Shown here: positions 26,391 through 40,728 of the stretch, piece after piece
Numbering within the stretch: position 1 is the stretch's first letter
Layout of the letters: each line of letters begins with the position of its first letter
Assembly (NCBI GenBank): GCA_965153455.1
Contig: OZ234494.1
Coordinates: 12,462,001 to 12,526,000, forward strand
Origin: Sphagnum compactum
Taxonomy: Eukaryota
Direction: 5' to 3'
DNA length: 64,000 nucleotides
Position numbers and translations under genes: made by a program
Notes under the pieces: model-generated
The model's database searches: none
What the model saw: only the letters and a program-made list of their open reading frames with translations
Told to the model about the DNA's origin: nothing

Positions 26391-26660
26391 AACTTTGGAC
26401 ATTTCTTTCATATGACACATTGAATTGTTTGGCATGGGACCCATATTGACAAATTTTTGCACGAATTTTTTCTTTTAAAAAAAAACATAAATTTACAAAG
26501 ATTTACTTGGTAGATTATAAGTGAAAATCATTTAGATTTACATGGTTTTTTCATGGCTTAAAATGGATTTTACAAAGTTTTCCGCTTACACATCCAAGGT
26601 TAGGCATTTACACTCACACTATGTCTAAAATCATAAGACATGCCCAACACTAGTGGAAGC

Positions 26661-27098
26661 TAGTGTTGTGCGATTATTGAATGTGATGAAGAGCGGTTGA
26701 TTCTGGCTTCCAAAATATTAGAGAATGCTCAATCATTTCTGGCTTTTTTTTTGGGGGGCAAGAATTAGAATCAAAGAACTATCAGTTTGGTTACTTCAAA
26801 GACCTCAAAAACTGACAATTTTCTTGAGAGAACGGGTAAAGAACAGGCAGTTATTTGATTTGATTTTCTCGATTTTTCAAAATTTACAAACTGTGCTTAT
26901 ATATATCAAAACTGGTTCATTTGAAATTTTTTTGAGAACCACGGTCACGAATATTATTATTATTATTATTTTCAATTTCAAAGAGGAGCTGTGGTTATAT
27001 AGATCAGAACTGGTTCTTGGATTTTTTTGAGAACCATGATTTTGAAGCTTAACCATCGGGGTCCATTCCCATAATTTTCTGATAACTGCCCAACATTG
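26661..27098. mobile_element. hAT-like non-autonomous element / MITE
   Basis: Termini TAGTGTTGTGCGATTAT and reverse-complement CAATGTTGGGCAGTTAT. Flanks GTGGAAGC/GTCCAAAC could be a decayed 8-bp TSD. The same terminus recurs near 26641, 35596 and 59747. Confidence 0.45.
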
Positions 27099-27234
27099 GT
27101 CCAAACATGGGCCTTTAGAACCCTGGAAATTGAATGCCATAACATCCATTGCTCTTGAATAGGCTTGTTGCATTTCGTTTTATATTGCCATTAGTGTATA
27201 ATGTATCTCATGATTCAAATTTTAACAGAGGGCT

Positions 27235-27429
27235 TTATGTGTAGGGTAAGCCCCATGCACAAAGTGGCATATACGTAAAGGACCCATGCACAAAGGGCAT
27301 TCCTGAAATGCGGGCTTAAAGGACTATGCACAAGGGCATTCCTGAAATGCAGGCTTACCTTGGTTCCTGCCTCGTCAAGGCCCTTATTTCAGGAATGCCC
27401 TCACCCTAAGGCTTTTACCCTACACATAA
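27235..27429. mobile_element. Small MITE, ~195 bp, perfect 15-bp inverted termini including a TA/TTA target-like end
   Basis: TTATGTGTAGGGTAA ... TTACCCTACACATAA. Internal GGGCATTCCTGAAAT repeats occur in both orientations, and another terminus copy lies near 33463. Confidence 0.75.
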
Positions 27430-28988
27430 TTTGATTGTGTACCCATGGCTCCCAAATTCTCTTTTACATCAATACCTCCATGTTTGCTTCAATCCATTAC
27501 AATCTAATGTTTAGCTTACAATTCCCTCCTCTAGAAATATACGGCAAATTGCACATTGCTTTTCTGACAGAATGATGTGGAGTTGCATGGGATAATCTGA
27601 CTTCTTCAACTCAAACTTGGGGGTGTTGTTGTATTGTCTCCTTTTTGTTGTAAGTTAAATGATTGTTAACAACCTCGGGGGATTTTTGCAGTGTATTTGA
27701 GAAGGCCTTAACAGGCAATCATCAAGCACTTGGAAGCAAGCAGATTCAAAACCATATATTTCTGATAATTACTGGTTTCTATGCGGGTGCAGATTCTGTC
27801 GTAGTAGCTGTGACGTTGGAGAATTTGAGTGTTAGTGATGGCAACTGTGGGAAATGCTGGGCATTGATCAATCGATGGGTTGATGGTTGAAGGTTTTTAG
27901 GGTTTAGGTGGAGAGAGAGAGAGAGAGAGCATGAGGAGAATCACAAGGAACATTAGTCTCCCTTCTTCAGTGAAAGAAAGAGCTAATGAACTTAGTGGGG
28001 GCGGGGGGAGAGTGTAATGGCAACTAGTCATTGTCATTCAAGACAAAGGGTTATGGCTTTATACTTTGTGAGTAGCAATTCCAACAGCTGAAACAGCCAT
28101 ACTTTTTCTTCACGTAAGCATGTCTCCTTCTTATTCTCCGTTTTTGCTTGTACTTGTAGACAAATTCTACATCAACAAAGGCGTAGTTATCTCTTGCATT
28201 TGAAGGACAAATGGGTTGTTTCTTTTGGCCAGGCATAAAATTCTGAAACCTCTTGTACCTGGGTTTGTGATTATTTGAGGGTGCTAGTATCCAGTGCAAC
28301 TATCATCATATGGGTGGCTGTCAATAGCTATGATTGTTTCACCAAATCCAGAAGTTAGTTAGTTTATTTTTTGGGCATCCCTCAGTCCATTTCACCCATT
28401 GACAATTTGCAGGGGCTGCCAGACAAAATACACTTGTGTAGGCATTGTAACAAAGTGAATCCTTCGCCAGGAGCAATGCAAATCTGCTGAGTTCTTTACA
28501 TAGGGTCTGCTGTGCGGAGACTTTTGTATTGGCAGCACCTCCAGGGTTCACTCATTGTGTTCATGAACTTTGTGCAGGATGTTTTGAGCTCCACCCCCAT
28601 CCTTTCCTTTCTAATGGCCAATTGATCCCGCAACCTGATTGATATAGAGGCAAGTGGAAGGTGCTTGCAAGGTCTGCATGCTGTTTGATGTTGATGGTAC
28701 TATAACCGCAAGTCTAGATGTGGAAACAACACATTATGTTCAGTAAGGCACCAGGCAAGCACCCGACATAATGGGCAGGGTGAGGCCGTTCCACAACATT
28801 AAGCTTGATTGGCAGATTCAATGATTTGAAATTTAAAAAAAAATTAAATCATGTTCAACATACACATTTTGGTCACTATTAATATGAGTGAATGATCATC
28901 ACCGGAAGATTATGTCATATGATGCGGCCAAGAAAATGACAGAATCTGCCACCGCAGACCTTAATGTGCCTTGTTCTAAGTATGAGGA

Positions 28989-29009
28989 TTTAGGGTTTAG
29001 GGTTTAGGG
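28989..29009. repeat. Interstitial plant telomere-type repeat (TTTAGGG)3
   Basis: Directly visible. Confidence 0.85.
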
Positions 29010-30674
29010 CTCTAACTCTGCTGAGGTTGGTGATATGGTGATGAAATTCTGTGCATTCTTGGGGAGCAAACAATCAGCCAAAAAAAAGGTAATATTAGCA
29101 AATATGACGTTCAATTATCATGACTTTAAACTACGTTTATGTGTGTTTTATTGTATTTCACATACTAAATGACATGTTTTACTACACTGAAAGGTTTGAT
29201 TTATAGTCTTTTTTGACTCCGTGGTTTGGCTGATAGCAACACCCATCCCCATTTAAACTCTATTCTTGTAATTTCTTCACAAACTGGCATGTAAACAACT
29301 CACTTATTGTTGTTATTGATATATATGTAAATTTGAGATTGGTGTTCTCTCCTTTTTCTTTTAGAGTAATTCTCTAGTTAACCTTCTCATTTCCATGTTC
29401 AACCAACTCATTTCCTTGTACAAAGAGCGAAGAATTTTTATTTTTTGTAAAATGACTTTCTTCTCTTTCATGCACTTGGTTGCTTAGGTTGTTAGCTTTT
29501 CGGCATCAAGCTAAATTAGCCTTAGTTGGGTGGGATTGCCTTGCAAGTGATGATGGTTGTGGGTTCAATTTGCGAGTGTAATATTCTACTTTAACACCCA
29601 TACCTATTCGATTATAATTCTTCAACTTGTTTTTTCATTCACAACACATGCATACGGTGCAACATTTGCTTCCCCTTCATCAAGCCCGCAAATTGTGATT
29701 TGTGTTCAATTTTTGGCTATTTCAGTTAGGGGGTTTGTCTAAAGCACCTTCCAATATGTCATTGGCTTTCATTCACAAAAGCTATTGCTCTCCTTCATAA
29801 TGCTACTGAAAGTTGCGCATGGTTATGGGTTTTAAGATATGTAGATTCCATACCCATTTCATTGAAGCCTTTGTATCTTCTAAGGTCGTTCAACTCTCTA
29901 GCTGATTTGAAACTTTTGCTCAATGATTCTGGCAATTGCATGGGTAGGGTAGATGGCCCTACTATTGTGCATTTTATGGAACACTTCTAAGGGAATATTC
30001 CCTTCATACAAGAATATTTCTTGCTGAAATTTGATAAACATCACTTCTCCTATGTTGGCCACAAAACCCTATTTTCAGCAAATATTATAGTTATGTGAAA
30101 AATCTGCGACCAAGGTTTTTTTACCCCCCCCCCCCAAATTTGTGATATTGAAAAAATAGGCAGTATTTTACAAACAAATTGCAAAATTACTCGTACAATT
30201 TATGCACAAGAACTAAATTTAATCCAAAACTTTCCCAATTTTTTTGTTGGAAAAACGATAAAATTTATCGCCCCGCCCCCCAAAAGGTATGGGACCTACA
30301 AACTAATTAACATATTTTCAGTTTGCCATTGTCCATTTAGCCCCCATGATAGCACACTTGATAGCAAACTTTGGTGTTCTACACACAAAAAGCCTTCTAC
30401 CATTAGCACACATTATACCTAAGATTATTACCTTGCATACATGAGAATGCAAGTGCTCTTGTACAAGGAGAATGAACAGATAGTTGTGTGACAACAATAT
30501 GGTTTTTGCACACAAAGAATGCGACAATAGAGGGATAGGTGTACAACAATAGGGAATTGCAAAACCAAACAATAGTGTGCGACAATATGGTTTTTTTGGC
30601 ACACAAAGATATGGAGCAACAAGATTGTGACAATAGAGCTAAAGGTGTATGACAATAGGGGAATTGCAATAATA

Positions 30675-30857
30675 GGTCCCTTTACCCTAGTTACTCCATG
30701 GTCCCTTCTACCCTAGTTGCTCCGTGGTCCCTTTACCCTAGTTGCTCCGTGGTCCCTTTTACCCTAGTTGCTGGGTGGTCCCTTTACCCTAGTTGCTCTG
30801 TGGTCCCTTTTACCCTAGTTGCTCCATGGTCCCTTTACCCTAGTTGCTCCGTGGTCC
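30675..30857. repeat. Minisatellite: 7 units alternating 25/26 bp (GGTCCCTTT[T]ACCCTAGTTGCTCCGT)
   Basis: Units read directly; lengths 25,26,25,26,25,26,25 plus a partial GGTCC. Confidence 0.95.
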
Positions 30858-33800
30858 ACCCCTTGAACATACCCAACATTTAAACTTTCACGACACTTCC
30901 AATTTCTTAAATGAAATTGCTTGCTTGTTCATTCATTCATTCAAGGCGTTTCCCCCAAACGTTTGTGGCGTCAATCAATCGAATGCACTACAAAATGTAA
31001 AAAACGTAAGCTGTCCATGTGTAAAGGACGCAATTTGACCACTTGTGTGGTTTGTTTGCCCCCAAAGTCTCCACTCCACCATGTGGGTTGTGGTGGCTTC
31101 CACACAATTTTTACACATTTTGACCACCCATGTGGTTTGTTTGTCACCAAAGGTTGCTGGAAGACTCCACCATTTTGCACCATTCCGGTCTAACTTTCAC
31201 ACAAATTTTGTTTGTTGTGCAATTATGTAATTGACAATTTATGTTCGAGGACTATACTACCAAGCGGGGGTCAATTTATGTGCCTAAGTCAAATGCAATC
31301 ACGGTGCCACCGCAGCTTAGACTCTAGAATTGACAATGGTGACTTTTTTTTTTATAAAGAAATTGGTCTGCAATTGAAGGTTCCGTGGGTTGTTGTTGTT
31401 GCCTTGAACCGTTTACAACACATTTCACACTGAGAAAAAAGACCAAATTTTCTTTCTCAAAAAATCATTTATCGTGGGGTCCTAGAGTGCTTTTTGGTTT
31501 CTATTTTTCTATTTCACAAACGCAATCCAGTTTTTGTGGGAAAAACACATTTCAAACCGAAAAAAACAAAAATTTACAACGGAAAAAAACAACTTTTTAT
31601 AACCCAAAAAACACATTTCACACTGAAACAAACAAATTTTACAATGGAAAAAACACATTTCACACTGGAACAAACAAATTGTACAACGGAAAAAACACAT
31701 TTCACATTGAGTTTTCTTTTGAGGTTTGAAACTTTGGGGGGCTTTCTCAAAATTTTGATTTAAAAAATATGAAAAATAATTCTCCCAAAAAGATCATAGA
31801 TGGGTCCCCCGGTATTGTTGCCAGTTGGGTTGAAACAATTATCCGGAAGAGAGCAGAGCTGCTGCGGCTGCTGCAGCTGCAAGAACGACCCAAGGATTTC
31901 GGGCTTCCATGTGAGCAGCATGATTTCCAGATTCTTAATCGATGTAAAAGGCTTGATAAGAAAGGGGGCCTCCTTCTCGGTTACGAAGAATTAAGGCTTT
32001 TTCCGGTGGAGGTAAGCTTTGCTCCCTGATGAGTTTTTTCTTGGATTGTTCTGACAAGAAGGCTTTCTCCAGGGGAGGTTGTTCTTCTCCTATGAGCTCT
32101 TTCTTGGTTGTTTCGAACAAGTAGTCTTTCTCGATAAAGGTGACACTTGTTCGGCCTCTATTCATTATAGAAACACTTGTCTAACTGGGAACTCGGAAGC
32201 TTTGTAACAGTGTGTGAGGTACTCACAACACACAGGTTTTTTTTTTTTTAAATTATTTTTTAAATTTAATTTTAATAATTTTAGAAAATAAAATAAAAAT
32301 AAAATCTCCCAAACTCACAAAGTGGGACCCAAAACTAATTTTTTCCAAAAGAGATGAGATGAGGAGGACCCCCTAAAGTGAAGTAAGTAAAGCGAAACAC
32401 AAAGGCGAGCAACTTCTTGTTCGGTGCACTCAATGAGAACGATGAATGACTCCACATCTCACTCACGCCACAGCCTTCGGCTCTCATTGCACACTTTTAT
32501 GAATGATTTCGGCCCAACACTCCAAGTCTTCCACTACATGACATTGTCACCGATAGGTTCCGGTTTCCATGAAATTGTCATCCACCCACTATTTCAACTT
32601 TTTTCAATAGGGTAAATAGAACATACTAAAACCCATGGGAATGAGTTTTCCTCTTGTGGTGGTGGTGGTTAATGAAGAGAGCTTTTGGAATAATGTTTTT
32701 TTTCCCTTTAATTTGGATTTTCTTATGTAGCCAAGATTTGTGATTTCCATAAGCCAATTTAGTTAGATTTGGCTATAAATAAATATGAGATGGAAAAAAC
32801 TAAAATTCCTTCTTTTTATTTTGGCTACTTATTTGAACAATGTATCAAAATCTTGCAAATTTCAAAGTTTTTCTTTTAACGTTTTTTTTTCAAATTTTTT
32901 TAGTTTACAAGAACCATTGAATTTCAAAGTGCTTTTTTGGATTTTTTTTTTTGGATTTTAAATTTAAAATCATTGAATTTCAAAGCTTTTTTTTGAATTA
33001 AAAAAACTCATTGAATTTGTGACAATTAAAAAATAAAATAAAATAATAATTGTGTGAAATTTTGCACAAAAAAAGAAGGCTGCACAGTGGTTGTCCAAAG
33101 CAGCCTTTTTTTTTGCAGCTTTTGGTGTTTTGGTGCGAAGATGATGAGAAAACTTGGACATTTAACTGTTGCAAATTGAATGATTTTTGGGGAAAATTTG
33201 TCTCCAAAAATATTTTTAAAACTCAAATTTAAAAAAGAATTGCCAAATTTTGTTACATGGTTCAATTGGATAGCCAAAAAATATAAGCAATTAATTTTTT
33301 CCTTTAATAATTTGTCAATAGCTAAATCTGGCTAAATCAACTGCCATCTAAAAATAAAAATAAATGTAAAGCCGTTGTAGAACGAGAGCTTTCAGGATAT
33401 TTGGGACTCCCTTGGCTCCCGCCTTGGGGTCCCTTATTTGCATAAAGCACCCATCGTAGGGCCTTACCCTACACATAGTAACCACTTACATTCCCTCTAT
33501 TGACCTATAATGCTTTACACACTAATTACATAATTAGTTAACCGGGTAAGGGGAAGTGGAGGTATATGAGGGTTTCCAAGTTACGTTATGAAGGTTATCA
33601 CATTTTCATTGGAATAAGGAAAAAAGAGTTAAAATAGCTCTCGTGTGACAAATGCAATTTGGGCAATTTCTATAAAAAAGGGGTGAATGAAATATTTTTT
33701 TTGTTTTTTTTTCATTCATCATTACATCCAATGTGCATTTTGTTCCTACTATGAAAACATGGGGGTGTGTCACATTGTGGCCTTGCCATTTACATTAATT

Positions 33801-33894
33801 TAAAAGTATCTTAAGGCAAAAGAGGAATTATGGAAACTCAAATATTTCACTATGCCTAATTAAAATCTTCAAAAAACTCCTCTTAAAAGAAACC

Positions 33895-34637
33895 AAAATC
33901 CTTCAAGATATTATATCTCTATAACTAATCTCAAGTTTCAACACAATAGCCAAAAATATCATATTTCAAAAATCCTCATATAAAAATAGACCTATTATTT
34001 ATTACCTAGTAGGGGCCAAAATCCCTTAAGCTACTATAATACTCTATAATGAATCTAAACACAACATTCTTGCCTTGGTAGGCAAGGCCAACAAAGAGAA
34101 AGTAGTTTATCATGATGATCTTGAAGCAATAATGGGAGGGAGTGTGATCATGTAGACGGACCTCATTCATCATCTTAACTCACCTTACAAAGCTGAGTTT
34201 GGATTCCTTTTATACAAAAATAATTGTAGGTGGGTTTGGATTTCTATTGCACAAGACAAAGAAAAGCTAAGCTTTTACACTTTGGTTTGTATCACATTGA
34301 GTGTCTTTTCAAATTACATGCTCTTGCTTGGGTGCAAATTGAAAGAACCCAAGCACAATTTACTAAAATTTTTAACCAACTAATGAATATCATTTCCTTA
34401 AGATAAAATCCATCAATGAAAACTTCCTCTTACAACATACCATTGGTGAGGAATGTTGTACTTTTGTACCAAGGCAAGGATATTGTGTTTAGATTCATTA
34501 TGGAGTATAGTAGCTTAATGGAATTTTGGCCCCTAGGTAATAGGTCTATTTTTGTATGAGGATTTTTGAAAGATGAAATTTTGGCTTGTGTTGAAACTTG
34601 AGATTAGTTATAGAGTTATAATATCTTGAAGGATTTT
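33895..34637. mobile_element. Foldback/long-TIR element, ~740 bp (arms ~33895-34080 and 34467-34637)
   Basis: AAAATCCTTCAAGATATTATA...TCTTGCCTTGGTA mirrors TACCAAGGCAAG...TATAATATCTTGAAGGATTTT, with small indels. Confidence 0.75.
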
Positions 34638-36183
34638 AAAAATTGGAACCAATCCTTTGCAACATACATAGGGTAAAGTAATGTTTTGCTTTATCCATAT
34701 GTATTTCCCATCTCCTAAAGGTGGTAGGTAGTTCCTTGAGCATGAAATTCACTAATTCTCTTGGGAAGCACTTCTTACTTGCATTGGCTTCTACTAGACT
34801 CTTCATTGTTGGTGGTTGAGAAGGATTCCAGATTTATTTTCAATTATCCAATGTTTTGAATGTTTTGTTGTGATAGACCACTGATAAAGGTTAGGGAACT
34901 TGGGCACCATTAGTTATCAACAAAGGATCTAGTTTAGGACCATAACTAACATAGTTGAATTGTAGGTTCTTTGTTGAATAATTATTTAATTTTTAAGATT
35001 TCATTTTGACAATTAAATATTTTAGAGTATTTCAAACGATCCTTGAATTTTCTTCACAAAAAAATTCTGAAATAATATATATATTTTTGTCGAACTTGCT
35101 ATTCAACTAGGGTAATTACTAATCATGTATCTTGGCAATTGTTTTTGGTGATTATGTTCTCTCAATTTCCCAAAGTGGTCCATTTAGCATTATAGTGGTA
35201 AGCCGTTCTCTTTCTTTATCCCACATCAATCACATTAGGATATTTAGATGTTTTCTTCCAAATACAAGTAAAAAGCCTACACTCTCTCCCATGCATAATG
35301 TTGATTTGGGTCATATATGCTTGGTCAAGCTATTGTAAAATAAAATATTAAGATTAAGATATATAAAACTAAGAAAGATGCCATAACAACCATAAAGAAT
35401 CCAAGACTTTTTTATACAATGAGCTAAGTTTGAATTAAAAAATTTGATTAAAGTTTACCCAATTAGGTTAGCTCCATTTGAACATTTTAAGGATCCAAAA
35501 TGTGAAGTTTGCCGACAAGTTGTTTTTCATCCCAAATAGGTTTTGGTTATCAACCACCAGAATTTAAGTAGCTGAAAATTGGTAGTTTAGATCAATGTTG
35601 GGCAGTTAATAGAAATGCCGCCATATAAACCATTGTTTATCAGGGTGGTTACTTAGGATATGTGACCACGGTTCTCAAAACATGTAACAAACCGATTTTC
35701 ATATATAACCACAATTGGGCCTTGTAGGTTAATGGATGCATTGGGGTGGAGGCACCATTATCATCCTAGTGGACCCACTCGATATTGGTTTTTTGTTTTA
35801 TTGGACCCTTAAAGGTATAAGGTCCCAAGAAGTCACTAACCCACATTGATTGCCTTACCATAGGAAATCACTTTACACTTCACAACCCAAATAAGACAAT
35901 GGAGTGTGAAGAACAATTCCCATTGCAACTTAGAGACCCAATTTCAGATTCCACACTTACATGAGAAGAGCTTTCATGGTTACAAACAAACAATACTTGA
36001 GCCACTTGAGCCCTTGATGGTTGCAAACAAACAATACTTGCGCCTCCAATGGTTGCAAAGGAACCAAACTTTTTATGGCATGAACTTCGTAGTGTGGTCC
36101 AAGGACAATCTCAAAAAATTGTGTAAAAATTTAACAAGTACAATTTGAAGGCATTATTACCACTAACTTTTCAACTAGTTTTA

Positions 36184-36553
36184 GAGCATCTGCAGCGCTG
36201 CTGAGTATGTGACTCCAAACAGTAAAATTTATTGTGAAAAAGTCAAAATGTGCCGGTTTAGCTCATGAAATTAGTTTTCCTGCACCAAATTTGTGCAGCT
36301 TGCCGCGATTGGGAATAGGCGCAGCACAGTTGTGCACCTCCAAAAGGAGTGTAATAAAATTGCACCTGACTACGGCTCAGTGTTTCTGATTGGTCGGTCA
36401 TAATGATTGGTCCAGGTGGCTTTCTATTAGTGGTCCCCACGTATATGCAGTTTCAGTTTTATTGGTGGGGTTGCCAAAAAAAAAAAAAAAAAGCTAAACT
36501 TAGACATATTTTTATTATCCAGAGTGACATACTGAGCACCAGTGGAGATGCTC
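36184..36553. mobile_element. Tourist-like (PIF/Harbinger) MITE, ~370 bp
   Basis: ~32-bp imperfect TIRs: GAGCATCTGCAGCGCTGCTGAGTATGTGACTC and reverse-complement GAGCATCTCCACTGGTGCTCAGTATGTCACTC. Flanked by TTA/TTG. GAGCATCTCCA is a typical Tourist terminus. Confidence 0.7.
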
Positions 36554-37276
36554 TTGCTACTATGCTGCATCACCTCTCACCTCATTGTGTTTTTGACTCT
36601 ATACTACATACTTGTGTATCCAATGCAATTGTTGCCTTCGGTTCACAAATTTCACACAAATCATGTTGTGAAAAATTCTTCCTATTTAATTTTTAAAAAA
36701 ATTTAACTCTAGGCTATTGGTGGGTGGGGTTGGCCAATACAAATGAACGATCCATATATTGTCAGTTCATAAGGATGTTCCGAACAATTTTGGTCACAAT
36801 TTGTCACCATCTTCGGAACTAAGTTCTCCAAAACAAGAGCACTACTTCGCTCCAGCCACACTAAGACAAAATTGATTTTTCATATCTGGAACTGGTTTTT
36901 GTGTCTTATTCTGGTACTTTTTGTATGCGATTCTTTCCTTGTCACTGGTTGGACCAAGGAAGGTAGTGGGGACCGTGATTCCTTTTTTTTCAATTTTGTG
37001 ATGTCTCTGAACTGGCAATTTATCCACAACGAGATTTAGCCAAATTTGGCTACAGACCAGATATGAAAGTTTTTTTTGAAAAAAAATACTTTTATATTTT
37101 TGATACCTGCTGGATTTTTTAAAAAATAATTTTTATTTTATTCCAATTTTGTGATGTAGCTGATGTTGTGATCATCCATAAGCTAATTGAGCCAAATTTG
37201 GCTATTAACAAAACAGGAAAGTAAGAAGTATATATTTTTGGCTACCTACTTGAACCATATGTAAAAATGTGGCGAT

Positions 37277-37312
37277 TGGGGGCGGGGGGGGGAGGGGGGG
37301 GGGGGGCGGGGG
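37277..37312 (+). repeat. Poly-G tract (G-quadruplex-capable)
   Basis: About 35 nt that are almost entirely G. Confidence 0.85.
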
Positions 37313-39827
37313 TAGTTTTAGGTTTAATAGTTCTAATCTTGATAAGACCCATTGGTTCCACATTCAAGGTGAGGCCAATTCCAAAATAAAATGTTAGCAG
37401 AAAATTGTATTAAGGCAAGTTGTGCAAGTATTTGATTTTGGTAATATTCATTAGTTCCGGATATTTCAAAAGCTCAAAGAAATATGGAATGGAAAAATTG
37501 TTATGATAACCGATATAGTTTCAATTTTCAATTGATTTTTTTCATGCTTGGTTGTAGGACATTAATTTTCTATAGTTTGTATTTAAATTGGAACTCAATT
37601 TAGTGTGAACAAGGTTTTAAGTTTTTTATTTTTTATTTTTTTTTGGGTTTGTGTTTGGGAGGGTTATCTCCATTGTGGTTTTGAAATCTCATATTTTGTG
37701 TTGTAAAAAACTCACTTGCAAATTACAAGAATTCAATATCAAAATACCCTAACATTATATTTATGTGTATGTTTTCATGTGTCTGACTTTGTTAGTTTCA
37801 ATAATGTTGGTTGCTAATCTTGAAATGCAGGACATGTTGACCAATTTGATCATTTTGTTTGGCTTTTGTTAGGGTAAAATGTCCATGATTTGATACCTAA
37901 TCATGCATTGGGAACTTGTGTACATTCATGTGCCTCCATAATTTCTTAAATTTGTAAAACATTTTAAAGCTTGTTGGGGGGAAGGGATTTGACTCATATG
38001 GAATTACAAGTGTTTTGTTAGTCATATTGATTTCATATTTTAACTAGGTAAGAGTAATTTTCAAAATTAGAAATAAATCAATAGAATAATAAGTTTTGGG
38101 TAAACCTAAAAATACATGGACTTTACAAAATCACCCAACATCAAAAAAATGAAAAAATTGTTCAAAACCCTGAACATACATTCAATGCATTTCATATAAC
38201 TAAAAAAAGGTTGTTAAAAGATAAGGTAAAAGTCTTTTATTCAAGGTAATTAGTGCAAAGAATGTAGAGTAATGAAAAAAGGGGAAACACATTTCAATTA
38301 GGTGTAATAACTTGAACAAGTGATGTTCCATATAATAATTGATGCATTGATAAAGGTTTGAATATTTAATCTCCAATATTAAAATTTGAACATATATATT
38401 TTAACTTGCTAAAAATCAATTACCAAATGATCCCTAATTTAAAATAAATTTCAAATATATATTGGCCAAATAAGGTTTAAAAAGGTAAATAAATATTCAT
38501 GACTTATATAAGATATATGCCAACCTTGTTATTTATCCAAGGATATGAAATTGATTTATTAAATAATAATGTTTGTTGGTTTTGCTTGTTTGTGATGTTG
38601 AAATGTCTTTAACTTATTTTCAATTGCATTTTTATTACTTTGAAACACCCTCAATGAATAGATGCTGTAACCAAAGGATAAAAATTAAAACATGAAAGGA
38701 GAGTGAGCTAAGAGAATGTTTTAAAACTCAAACACATTCACACAAATGTGTGAGAGTGAATTTTTACATTCTAAGTGGTTTCTCACTTTGAGAGTTAGAG
38801 TTGTATAATATGTTAAATTTTTGGAATGAGAATGCAACTAACAAATGATGCTCAAATTTGAACCCTTTTAGACCATTGGAAAGGCTAGTAATGTAAATAT
38901 TGAAAATGGGTTTACATTTTCCATTTGTAGATTTGAAATTCAAGTTTGCTTGAAAAAATGTTGGAGGTCAAATTGATAGTTTGAGTTTCAACCATTTAAA
39001 TGCAAGAAAAAAAGCTCAAAACATTTTCAATGGGAAAATACAAACTAATTTTGGAAAGGTTTTTTTAAGAGGTACAATTTTGTAGTTGAAAGTTTTTTAA
39101 TTGGATCGTGTATGTGGATGTTATGAGCTCACAAAATTGCAAGACTCATGACTTGGCAAAATTTTCAAGATTGCCTCTTGAGATTTTTTATTTTGATGTA
39201 GGCTCTATTTCAATCCTTCTTGGGAGGAAAGTGGTTAATTCTTTCCAAGTTCAAGGTCTGATCTATCTTGTGAATTGGGTTGCAAATGATTATTGCATGC
39301 ACCATTTTCTTTATTTTTTTTATTACATTTAAAAAATATTTGGTTACATACCCTAACATGATTGATGATTTTTTTGTGAACTTCAATAATGAATCCTAAA
39401 AATTGCCTTAGTAATAGTTGGGTGTCTATTTGTATTTCTAATACTTACCCAACACTAATTTTGACCTATGGTGAAAAAGTTATTGAATATTGAACAATTT
39501 TGACATTGATGATAATCCAATATAATCAAAACTAAAATGTTCGTGAAAATTTGTACACATTCTTAGCACTTTGGAAAGCCTTGAATGAATAGGATGTAAT
39601 GGAGGTGATTTTGTAATATTTAGATTTAATGTACAGGAGAAATGAATTTTGAATAAATTTTATCATTGGAAATTCAATTGGATAACACAATTTAGTTTTG
39701 GGATGAAAAATTAATCAAGTTACGAGTTCACATTTGGGCCAAGGGCACATGTGAAGTTATTGAAAAATGATTTATTGATTTATTCACCCAACATTATAAA
39801 CTATCACACCTACTACATTTTATTGCC

Positions 39828-40728
39828 AATCGGCCTTTATAGTGTTCGATGGTTTGTTTTTTTAGAGTTCTTGATCCCTAGTACTTTGGGGGCTATAACT
39901 TTCTCATTTCTAATCCGTTTTTGACGATTGTTAATGTGTCAGATGCATCAAGAGAAGGGATTCAAGTTTTGTTTGGACAATAAAAACAATGGAGCCCTCC
40001 TCTTGGATACGGCCTGTCTTGAGGCACTTAAGTTTTTGGTCATTGACCGATTTACCCTAAAGATTCTAAATAAGTTCAAAGTGTCAATAAAATAAACATG
40101 GAGATTTTTGAAAAAACAATTACATTGGAGCTTTTGTTGTACAACCATGGTTGCGGGAAACTTCCATTAGATTGGGAAAATCTTCATGTACACATGACAT
40201 ATAGAGTTGCTTGCTTAATAAAAATGTACAATATATTTGGAAGCTTGATCCAGAATAACTCATAAAATAAACACAAGATGCATTATGTTTTTAAATTGTG
40301 AAGAGTGATTTAGCTATTTATTTTGATGGAGTATGATGTTCATATTATAGTTTCAAGCATGTATGCTACGATTTCAATAACATAATAGATATTACTTATC
40401 ATATATTAAAAATTTCAACTCTTGTGCAAGCATAGGGCAAGAGTTCACCTTGTTTCAATGGGACAAGAATCTTCATGAAAAATGAAAGGCTTGAAGAATA
40501 TAAAAGTGATTAGAATGAAATAGGGTAAACTTGTTGGTGATTGAATGTTTAAGTGTTCAGCTGGATCCAAGGGGAGGGCTATGTTGTTTTTAGTGTTCAA
40601 ATAAAACTTGAACCCTTCTTATTGACACATTAAAAACGATTCAAATTTTTTTTTTTTTGACAAAGTTAAGGCCTCCCAAAATAGAAGAACCCAAAAAAAC
40701 AAACCATCGAACGTTACAACGGCTGATT
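39828..40728. mobile_element. Old inverted-repeat element (arms ~39828-40069 and ~40510-40728)
   Basis: GTTCGATGGTTTGTTTTTTT, TTAATGTGTCA, TTCAAGTTTT, AGCCCTCC-CTTGGAT and TTTACCCTA recur in inverted order and orientation. Confidence 0.65.

Noticed and set aside
27560-28900. Possible pseudogene (leader-like GA repeat and telo-box, short ORFs)
   Set aside because: No recognisable domain or consistent exon chain.
30675-30857. CRISPR-like array
   Set aside because: Units are contiguous with no unique spacers, there are no cas genes, and the context is eukaryotic. It is a minisatellite.
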